A stretch of DNA of 26,960 bases from contig NIVC01002169.1 of NCBI GenBank assembly GCA_002269645.1, positions 1-26,960 of the forward strand. The letters run 5' to 3'. Below are positions 11,130 to 21,093 of the stretch, piece by piece. The stretch's first letter is position 1, and every line of letters begins with the position of its first letter. A program made the translations under genes and the position numbers. Source of the stretch: Macrostomum lignano (taxonomy: Eukaryota). A model generated the notes under the pieces. That model searched no databases. It was not told the origin of the DNA and saw only the letters and a program-made list of their open reading frames with translations.

Positions 11130-11817
11130 TCTTATAGTCCATCAAGTCCTGTAACCAAGGACAAATTCTCACAACTGGAAGTTCAATGGTTCGGTCAGCA
11201 GAGGACTTTAAAACTTAAAAAAATGTCGAATTTTTTATTTCGCTTGCGACACTCGACTTTTTCAGAGCTGTACATTGCGACAGCTGGCTTTTTCAATTGC
11301 CAGATGTCCAAAGAGTATAATTGAGAAACTGGCACATTTGCGACAGCTTCTTTTGCAAGGATATAAAGTTTTTTGTTTGAACCATAGAAGTCTCCCGGTG
11401 TTACAATTTTTTGTTTTTATTTATAACAACATAGCTATAATTTAATAAAGAAACAGAAAGTACTTTAATGTTTTTATCTTTAGCTCAGTTAAAAATTTGT
11501 TTTATAAAACTAATAAATCAAGTAGTTATATATTATTGCTCTTATTAAAGGATAATTGAAGAAGTGCTAAAATTTAACTTGCAATTGAATGATAACGTAA
11601 CTTTAGAATTACTGCACGTGCTTTCATTTGAGCTATGGGCTGTGACATTAACAGTAGGCTAATTGGCCACTTAGTTATTGACTGTACAATATCGAGTAAC
11701 AAACATTGCTTGATACGTGTTTCTAGGTCTAGCTAGCAGTATTATGATTCATATTTTGTGTTACACTCAATCCACTTTGTAACACATTAACACACGACAC
11801 AATTAAGATAATAATCT

Positions 11818-11862
11818 TTAGTCTAGTCTAGTCTAGTCTAGTATAAGCCTCTTTAGTCTAGT
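11818..11862. repeat. Short (AGTCT)n microsatellite
   Basis: TAGTCTAGTCTAGTCTAGTCTAGT plus one further copy. Confidence 0.7.
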
Positions 11863-12466
11863 GTACACTTTAAAGAGAATATTCAGATTGACTTTTGGAT
11901 TTTTGAAAGTTAAAAGTGATTCACTTTGTAGCTACTCATTTAGTATCGTGGCATGGTACCAAAGACTCCAAAATTTTATAGAGTGCTAAAATATTCTGCC
12001 TTAGTAATATGCTAGCAATATTTTCCTAATCAGCTGCAGACAAGTCACAAAAGATGGCATACAAAGATATTATATAATTGTTTGTTTTTTCTAAATTCAT
12101 ATTGGTTGAATACACTTAGCTCGTAGCTATTCAAAGTAAATAAAATTATCTAGATTGTGTGCTGTGCTCTCTATTATTTTTTCGAATTATTCCAGTCCTA
12201 CATAGATCTAATTTCGTTTTGATGACTTACCAAAAAAGTTTATACTTTTTAAAAACAGATTTATTATTCTCATTATAATTTAGAAATATAGAACTATAAT
12301 AATTGGCAATTGCAGTATTCAGCTCAGTCTGTTATATACAATTTCTCATTAATTGTATATTTATGCGAAACATGGAAACATTTGAAATAATTTAATATTA
12401 TTTGAAAATTAAAAAAATTCAATGAGCCCTCGATAAAACACAACTAACAAAGGGATATTTTTTCCA

Positions 12467-15400
12467 ACTGTGTTTGTGTGCTTATCAAGCTTGTGTCGAT
12501 CTGGAAACAGTTTGCATGCCAAAGCGCAGTAGCACACTCGACTGTGTTTGTGTGCTTATCAAGCTTGTGTCGATCTGGAAACAGTTTGCATGCCAAAGCG
12601 CAGTAGCACACTCGACTGTGTTTGTGTGCTTATCAAGCTTGTGTCGATCTGGAAACAGTTTGCATGCCAAAGCGCAGTAGCACACTCGACTGTGTTTGTG
12701 TGCTTATCAAGCTTGTGTCGATCTGGAAACAGTTTGCATGCCAAAGCGCAGTAGCACACTCGACTGTGTTTGTGTGCTTATCAAGCTTGTGTCGATCTGG
12801 AAACAGTTTGCATGCCAAAGCGCAGTAGCACACTCGACTGTGTTTGTGTGCTTATCAAGCTTGTGTCGATCTGGAAACAGTTTGCATGCCAAAGCGCAGT
12901 AGCACACTCGACTGTGTTTGTGTGCTTATCAAGCTTGTGTCGATCTGGAAACAGTTTGCATGCCAAAGCGCAGTAGCACACTCGACTGTGTTTGTGTGCT
13001 TATCAAGCTTGTGTCGATCTGGAAACAGTTTGCATGCCAAAGCGCAGTAGCACACTCGACTGTGTTTGTGTGCTTATCAAGCTTGTGTCGATCTGGAAAC
13101 AGTTTGCATGCCAAAGCGCAGTAGCACACTCGACTGTGTTTGTGTGCTTATCAAGCTTGTGTCGATCTGGAAACAGTTTGCATGCCAAAGCGCAGTAGCA
13201 CACTCGACTGTGTTTGTGTGCTTATCAAGCTTGTGTCGATCTGGAAACAGTTTGCATGCCAAAGCGCAGTAGCACACTCGACTGTGTTTGTGTGCTTATC
13301 AAGCTTGTGTCGATCTGGAAACAGTTTGCATGCCAAAGCGCAGTAGCACACTCGACTGTGTTTGTGTGCTTATCAAGCTTGTGTCGATCTGGAAACAGTT
13401 TGCATGCCAAAGCGCAGTAGCACACTCGACTGTGTTTGTGTGCTTATCAAGCTTGTGTCGATCTGGAAACAGTTTGCATGCCAAAGCGCAGTAGCACACT
13501 CGACTGTGTTTGTGTGCTTATCAAGCTTGTGTCGATCTGGAAACAGTTTGCATGCCAAAGCGCAGTAGCACACTCGACTGTGTTTGTGTGCTTATCAAGC
13601 TTGTGTCGATCTGGAAACAGTTTGCATGCCAAAGCGCAGTAGCACACTCGACTGTGTTTGTGTGCTTATCAAGCTTGTGTCGATCTGGAAACAGTTTGCA
13701 TGCCAAAGCGCAGTAGCACACTCGACTGTGTTTGTGTGCTTATCAAGCTTGTGTCGATCTGGAAACAGTTTGCATGCCAAAGCGCAGTAGCACACTCGAC
13801 TGTGTTTGTGTGCTTATCAAGCTTGTGTCGATCTGGAAACAGTTTGCATGCCAAAGCGCAGTAGCACACTCGACTGTGTTTGTGTGCTTATCAAGCTTGT
13901 GTCGATCTGGAAACAGTTTGCATGCCAAAGCGCAGTAGCACACTCGACTGTGTTTGTGTGCTTATCAAGCTTGTGTCGATCTGGAAACAGTTTGCATGCC
14001 AAAGCGCAGTAGCACACTCGACTGTGTTTGTGTGCTTATCAAGCTTGTGTCGATCTGGAAACAGTTTGCATGCCAAAGCGCAGTAGCACACTCGACTGTG
14101 TTTGTGTGCTTATCAAGCTTGTGTCGATCTGGAAACAGTTTGCATGCCAAAGCGCAGTAGCACACTCGACTGTGTTTGTGTGCTTATCAAGCTTGTGTCG
14201 ATCTGGAAACAGTTTGCATGCCAAAGCGCAGTAGCACACTCGACTGTGTTTGTGTGCTTATCAAGCTTGTGTCGATCTGGAAACAGTTTGCATGCCAAAG
14301 CGCAGTAGCACACTCGACTGTGTTTGTGTGCTTATCAAGCTTGTGTCGATCTGGAAACAGTTTGCATGCCAAAGCGCAGTAGCACACTCGACTGTGTTTG
14401 TGTGCTTATCAAGCTTGTGTCGATCTGGAAACAGTTTGCATGCCAAAGCGCAGTAGCACACTCGACTGTGTTTGTGTGCTTATCAAGCTTGTGTCGATCT
14501 GGAAACAGTTTGCATGCCAAAGCGCAGTAGCACACTCGACTGTGTTTGTGTGCTTATCAAGCTTGTGTCGATCTGGAAACAGTTTGCATGCCAAAGCGCA
14601 GTAGCACACTCGACTGTGTTTGTGTGCTTATCAAGCTTGTGTCGATCTGGAAACAGTTTGCATGCCAAAGCGCAGTAGCACACTCGACTGTGTTTGTGTG
14701 CTTATCAAGCTTGTGTCGATCTGGAAACAGTTTGCATGCCAAAGCGCAGTAGCACACTCGACTGTGTTTGTGTGCTTATCAAGCTTGTGTCGATCTGGAA
14801 ACAGTTTGCATGCCAAAGCGCAGTAGCACACTCGACTGTGTTTGTGTGCTTATCAAGCTTGTGTCGATCTGGAAACAGTTTGCATGCCAAAGCGCAGTAG
14901 CACACTCGACTGTGTTTGTGTGCTTATCAAGCTTGTGTCGATTGGAAACAGTTTGCATGCCAAAGCGCAGTAGCACACTCGACTGTGTTTGTGTGCTTAT
15001 CAAGCTTGTGTCGATCTGGAAACAGTTTGCATGCCAAAGCGCAGTAGCACACTCGACTGTGTTTGTGTGCTTATCAAGCTTGTGTCGATTGGAAACAGTT
15101 TGCATGCCAAAGCGCAGTAGCACACTCGACTGTGTTTGTGTGCTTATCAAGCTTGTGTCGATCTGGAAACAGTTTGCATGCCAAAGCGCAGTAGCACACT
15201 CGACTGTGTTTGTGTGCTTATCAAGCTTGTGTCGATCTGGAAACAGTTTGCATGCCAAAGCGCAGTAGCACACTCGACTGTGTTTGTGTGCTTATCAAGC
15301 TTGTGTCGATCTGGAAACAGTTTGCATGCCAAAGCGCAGTAGCACACTCGACTGTGTTTGTGTGCTTATCAAGCTTGTGTCGATTGGAAACAGTTTGCAT

Positions 15401-18400
15401 GCCAAAGCGCAGTAGCACACTCGACTGTGTTTGTGTGCTTATCAAGCTTGTGTCGATCTGGAAACAGTTTGCATGCCAAAGCGCAGTAGCACACTCGACT
15501 GTGTTTGTGTGCTTATCAAGCTTGTGTCGATTGGAAACAGTTTGCATGCCAAAGCGCAGTAGCACACTCGACTGTGTTTGTGTGCTTATCAAGCTTGTGT
15601 CGATCTGGAAACAGTTTGCATGCCAAAGCGCAGTAGCACACTCGACTGTGTTTGTGTGCTTATCAAGCTTGTGTCGATCTGGAAACAGTTTGCATGCCAA
15701 AGCGCAGTAGCACACTCGACTGTGTTTGTGTGCTTATCAAGCTTGTGTCGATCTGGAAACAGTTTGCATGCCAAAGCGCAGTAGCACACTCGACTGTGTT
15801 TGTGTGCTTATCAAGCTTGTGTCGATTTGGAAACAGTTTGCATGCCAAAGCGCAGTAGCACACTCGACTGTGTTTGTGTGCTTATCAAGCTTGTGTCGAT
15901 CTGGAAACAGTTTGCATGCCAAAGCGCAGTAGCACACTCGACTGTGTTTGTGTGCTTATCAAGCTTGTGTCGATTGGAAACAGTTTGCATGCCAAAGCGC
16001 AGTAGCACACTCGACTGTGTTTGTGTGCTTATCAAGCTTGTGTCGATCTGGAAACAGTTTGCATGCCAAAGCGCAGTAGCACACTCGACTGTGTTTGTGT
16101 GCTTATCAAGCTTGTGTCGATCTGGAAACAGTTTGCATGCCAAAGCGCAGTAGCACACTCGACTGTGTTTGTGTGCTTATCAAGCTTGTGTCGATCTGGA
16201 AACAGTTTGCATGCCAAAGCGCAGTAGCACACTCGACTGTGTTTGTGTGCTTATCAAGCTTGTGTCGATCTGGAAACAGTTTGCATGCCAAAGCGCAGTA
16301 GCACACTCGACTGTGTTTGTGTGCTTATCAAGCTTGTGTCGATCTGGAAACAGTTTGCATGCCAAAGCGCAGTAGCACACTCGACTGTGTTTGTGTGCTT
16401 ATCAAGCTTGTGTCGATCTGGAAACAGTTTGCATGCCAAAGCGCAGTAGCACACTCGACTGTGTTTGTGTGCTTATCAAGCTTGTGTCGATCTGGAAACA
16501 GTTTGCATGCCAAAGCGCAGTAGCACACTCGACTGTGTTTGTGTGCTTATCAAGCTTGTGTCGATCTGGAAACAGTTTGCATGCCAAAGCGCAGTAGCAC
16601 ACTCGACTGTGTTTGTGTGCTTATCAAGCTTGTGTCGATCTGGAAACAGTTTGCATGCCAAAGCGCAGTAGCACACTCGACTGTGTTTGTGTGCTTATCA
16701 AGCTTGTGTCGATCTGGAAACAGTTTGCATGCCAAAGCGCAGTAGCACACTCGACTGTGTTTGTGTGCTTATCAAGCTTGTGTCGATCTGGAAACAGTTT
16801 GCATGCCAAAGCGCAGTAGCACACTCGACTGTGTTTGTGTGCTTATCAAGCTTGTGTCGATCTGGAAACAGTTTGCATGCCAAAGCGCAGTAGCACACTC
16901 GACTGTGTTTGTGTGCTTATCAAGCTTGTGTCGATCTGGAAACAGTTTGCATGCCAAAGCGCAGTAGCACACTCGACTGTGTTTGTGTGCTTATCAAGCT
17001 TGTGTCGATCTGGAAACAGTTTGCATGCCAAAGCGCAGTAGCACACTCGACTGTGTTTGTGTGCTTATCAAGCTTGTGTCGATCTGGAAACAGTTTGCAT
17101 GCCAAAGCGCAGTAGCACACTCGACTGTGTTTGTGTGCTTATCAAGCTTGTGTCGATCTGGAAACAGTTTGCATGCCAAAGCGCAGTAGCACACTCGACT
17201 GTGTTTGCGTGCTTATCAAGCTTGTGTCGATCTGGAAACAGTTTGCATGCCAAAGCGCAGTAGCACACTCGACTGTGTTTGTGTGCTTATCAAGCTTGTG
17301 TCGATCTGGAAACAGTTTGCATGCCAAAGCGCAGTAGCACACTCGACTGTGTTTGTGTGCTTATCAAGCTTGTGTCGATCTGGAAACAGTTTGCATGCCA
17401 AAGCGCAGTAGCACACTCGACTGTGTTTGTGTGCTTATCAAGCTTGTGTCGATCTGGAAACAGTTTGCATGCCAAAGCGCAGTAGCACACTCGACTGTGT
17501 TTGTGTGCTTATCAAGCTTGTGTCGATCTGGAAACAGTTTGCATGCCAAAGCGCAGTAGCACACTCGACTGTGTTTGTGTGCTTATCAAGCTTGTGTCGA
17601 TCTGGAAACAGTTTGCATGCCAAAGCGCAGTAGCACACTCGACTGTGTTTGTGTGCTTATCAAGCTTGTGTCGATCTGGAAACAGTTTGCATGCTAAAGC
17701 GCAGTAGCACACTCGACTGTGTTTGTGTGCTTATCAAGCTTGTGTCGATCTGGAAACAGTTTGCATGCCAAAGCGCAGTAGCACACTCGACTGTGTTTGT
17801 GTGCTTATCAAGCTTGTGTCGATCTGGAAACAGTTTGCATGCCAAAGCGCAGTAGCACACTCGACTGTGTTTGTGTGCTTATCAAGCTTGTGTCGATCTG
17901 GAAACAGTTTGCATGCCAAAGCGCAGTAGCACACTCGACTGTGTTTGTGTGCTTATCAAGCTTGTGTCGATCTGGAAACAGTTTGCATGCCAAAGCGCAG
18001 TAGCACACTCGACTGTGTTTGTGTGCTTATCAAGCTTGTGTCGATCTGGAAACAGTTTGCATGCCAAAGCGCAGTAGCACACTCGACTGTGTTTGTGTGC
18101 TTATCAAGCTTGTGTCGATCTGGAAACAGTTTGCATGCCAAAGCGCAGTAGCACACTCGACTGTGTTTGTGTGCTTATCAAGCTTGTGTCGATCTGGAAA
18201 CAGTTTGCATGCCAAAGCGCAGTAGCACACTCGACTGTGTTTGTGTGCTTATCAAGCTTGTGTCGATCTGGAAACAGTTTGCATGCCAAAGCGCAGTAGC
18301 ACACTCGACTGTGTTTGTGTGCTTATCAAGCTTGTGTCGATCTGGAAACAGTTTGCATGCCAAAGCGCAGTAGCACACTCGACTGTGTTTGTGTGCTTAT

Positions 18401-18461
18401 CAAGCTTGTGTCGATCTGGAAACAGTTTGCATGCCAAAGCGCAGTAGCACACTCGACTGTG
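12467..18461. repeat. Tandem array of a 74-bp unit, 81 copies, inside the transposon
   Basis: Unit ACTGTGTTTGTGTGCTTATCAAGCTTGTGTCGATCTGGAAACAGTTTGCATGCCAAAGCGCAGTAGCACACTCG; 8 variant units noted; degenerate partial copy to ~18482. No spacers, so not CRISPR. The many 66/68-aa ORFs are artefacts. Confidence 0.98.
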
Positions 18462-18651
18462 CTTATGTGCTTTATCAATCTTAATATGAACCTTCTCAGA
18501 GCAGGCTTCTTTTTAGTGTGTTTTTATCTAAACTTCATTCTTTATACTGGTATTACAATTGGTTATTGTCAATTCTATTCCATGTAATTGGTTATTGTCA
18601 TCACAAATCAGACAGCTTATTACTTTAAAAATTGTGGCCTTTTCTTTTCAG

Positions 18652-19488
18652 GCCTTTATCAAGTATCCGTTCGTTGTTTTTGAGGGCAACGGCCCTTTGC
18701 CTGACAATGCTCCCGAGCTCGATTTGGTTGTCGGCGTGTTGGTCGATGTTTCAGATGTTCGTGAAGCAGCAAAAGTATTGAATCTTGAATTGCAAAAGGC
18801 GCCGATTCGGTGTGTTCGAGGGATGGACGTGAAGTATCTTTCTGAAGATGGAATTGCCCTGGCACTTTTTAACGGCGTTGCCGTTTTCCGAAAGCGGCTG
18901 GTGGAAGGAGAGAACAGGTTAGATAAAACAAAACGCTTACAGGCGGTTGAGGCTGGTCGTGTTTGGTTATTAGAGCAAAATTGGAAAATTTCACCTGGCA
19001 ATTTTTCAGCGGATTATCTCGCCAAGGAGCACATTGAAAAGGCCTTAAAGCATTTTGAGCTTGCGGCTTCTATGGCTTCACCTGAAATGGTGCGCAGCGT
19101 AACGTTTGGAATCATTTGTGCTCGACAAGCCTTGCATGATTTTGAAGCATGTCTTAAGGGCATTACTCCGAAAGTTGTTGATCAATGCTACGAGGAAAAT
19201 GGTTCCTTGTATGCCAGTGCTGCAAATAGCGACGTGCAGGATAAGGAAAAGAGGCGCAAGGAGGAGGAGGAGGAAGCAAAGCGCAAGGAGGAGGAAGCAA
19301 AGCGCAAGGAGGAGGAAGCGAAGCGCAAGGAGGAGGCGGGGGCGAAGCGTAGAGTTGCAGGAAAGCAAAGCATGGAGCAAGCAAAGAATTCAAAGGCTAG
19401 TTCCAGCACGAAGCGTACTCGTAAATGTATGAATATAGTCAGCAAAGGCAGCACAACCCGGTCAAGTAAAAGGATACGACAAGATTGA
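18652..19488 (+). CDS. Transposon-borne second gene, unknown protein (exon of 278 codons; upstream exon not located)
   Basis: Long open frame 18559-19488; strong acceptor TTTTCTTTTCAG at 18640-18651, phase 0; globular-looking N-part, (EEEAKRK)n charged helix, basic C-tail. No family recognised. Confidence 0.65.
   Translation, partial: AFIKYPFVVFEGNGPLPDNAPELDLVVGVLVDVSDVREAAKVLNLELQKAPIRCVRGMDVKYLSEDGIALALFNGVAVFRKRLVEGENRLDKTKRLQAVEAGRVWLLEQNWKISPGNFSADYLAKEHIEKALKHFELAASMASPEMVRSVTFGIICARQALHDFEACLKGITPKVVDQCYEENGSLYASAANSDVQDKEKRRKEEEEEAKRKEEEAKRKEEEAKRKEEAGAKRRVAGKQSMEQAKNSKASSSTKRTRKCMNIVSKGSTTRSSKRIRQD
19251..19340 (+). repeat. 21-bp coding repeat (GAGGAGGAAGCAAAGCGCAAG) giving EEEAKRK
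   Basis: Three to four in-frame copies; explains the overlapping shadow ORFs at 19078-19454. Confidence 0.85.
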
Positions 19489-20719
19489 TCAATTTAATCT
19501 CCGGTGAGTTGCAAATATGCTTTAATTTTCAGGTATTGTAAACTGCAGTTTTTCTTTTAATGTTAACCGATTAGCTGTTAACTATGTAGTACAATAGGTT
19601 ACGAAAAACTGTTTCCCTCTCATGGATGAAGAAATATAATGGATTGCCAATCGGACCCAGTTACTTTTGGTTCTTCGTCGCTTTGTTTCCACTCCCCACA
19701 GTGCCTTTTCATTGTCTGAGAGCGGCTGGTCTTCGATTTTCTATCCTTGATTTTGGAATCATTGGAAAGCTAAATCTGAGTCCATTTCTCTAGTGCAAAG
19801 TCACGTGATGATGTATGGACGCATTGCCTCAGTCCATGAAAAAGCACGGAGGAGCGGAGGCAAAGCGGCTAAAAGCGAGAAAAGAACTGAGTTCGATTAC
19901 AAATCCAGTCTATTCCATCATCGATGTTCCAGCTAAGTAAATACAGTTTGTCGACGACAGTCGGCAAAACATCACAAATGACAAACCCAATTTGATCATT
20001 CTTCATTTACCAAGTCCTGATTGCTACGAGTGATACGGCTCGTATGAAAACTTTATTTACGAGATTTTGATGTACATCATTGCTAGAACATGTGTTTGTA
20101 TAAGATTTACTAAAATCACGCCATCACAAAACCATTCCAGTGCGACGATACGATGCGATGAGAAGTGTTACAAAAAAGCTACGATTCATCAGTTTTTTCT
20201 GGAATTAAAAACAATTGCAGCCATAACAAAAACAAACCTTTGAAGTTTTGATTTGGGATTTGTGAAAGCCTCAGCGTTTGTTTGATAGTGCTATGAAAAA
20301 CTATGGTTATTAATGCTTGAGTAATCGACTATCAAATTAAATTTTCATTCTTCCTAAAATTAAATATTCTTCTTAAGTTTTTTACCCCGCTTTTCATTTT
20401 TAATTAGCAATTTATAATAATATACATGATATTCTGCACATCTTGGTCTGTAGTCAATACAAAAAATGTGCGTCTATGGAAAGGAAAAGAGATACAAGTC
20501 CAATAACAATTCCTTCAAAAAATAACGATAATAGTAAGATTATAAGCACCTACCTACTGTTGTTAGTCTTTGTATTTCTTTAACTTTATTTTCCGTGATT
20601 CTTTAAACAAACTTTCACTTAAAAATCATAGTTCCGTGCTTCGTCAGACGTACGAATTGAAAAATTATTTACAAGGAACTCATAGGAGTAACTTTCGAAA
20701 ACATGTATTGGCAAACTCT

Positions 20720-20990
20720 GACCTCTGTCTCTGCCTCTCTCTACGTCCCTCGGATCCTTTAAAACTTTTATCTTCTCTTCTGTTTCCTATTTTCTCTCTC
20801 TCTCATCTCATCTCTTCTTTTATATCTTCTCTCTCCCCTGTTCTCTCGTCGATCTTCCCTCACCACCTCTCTTCTCTCTCGTCTCTACTCTCTCATATCT
20901 CCTTTTTTCCTCTTTCATCTCTCCCATCTCATCTGTTTTCTCCTCTCTCTCCTTCTCCCCTCTCTTCTCACTTCTCCTCTTCTCTCACAG
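20720..20990. repeat. CT-rich polypyrimidine low-complexity tract
   Basis: Irregular (CT)/(CTT) run between the two convergent genes; ORF 20570-21010 is its Ser/Leu/Pro shadow. Confidence 0.85.
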
Positions 20991-21093
20991 TAAAAATATG
21001 TATGAACTAACGGAGTTTTTTGACGAGGATCTGCCATTGAGTTTTTTCGTAAGTGATCATACATGCACAATGTTTTTCAACGAAACCGATCGT

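Noticed and set aside
11073-11324. 83-aa ORF starting in the left TIR as a standalone gene
   Set aside because: TTG start, mirror of the right-TIR frame, no convincing donor or domain; could only be rescued as exon 1 of gene 2 by cDNA evidence.
12467-18461. CRISPR array or tandem small-protein gene cluster
   Set aside because: Units are contiguous and identical with no unique spacers, no cas genes, eukaryotic context; 66/68-aa ORFs arise because 74 is not a multiple of 3 and each start meets a stop after about 2.8 units.
19606-19616. 11-bp antisense match to the 74-bp unit (and 10-bp match ACACTCGACT near 11249) as a guide-target pair
   Set aside because: About one match of this length is expected by chance for a 74-mer against both strands of 27 kb.
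20570-21010. 146-aa Ser/Leu-rich ORF
   Set aside because: Shadow of the CT-rich tract.
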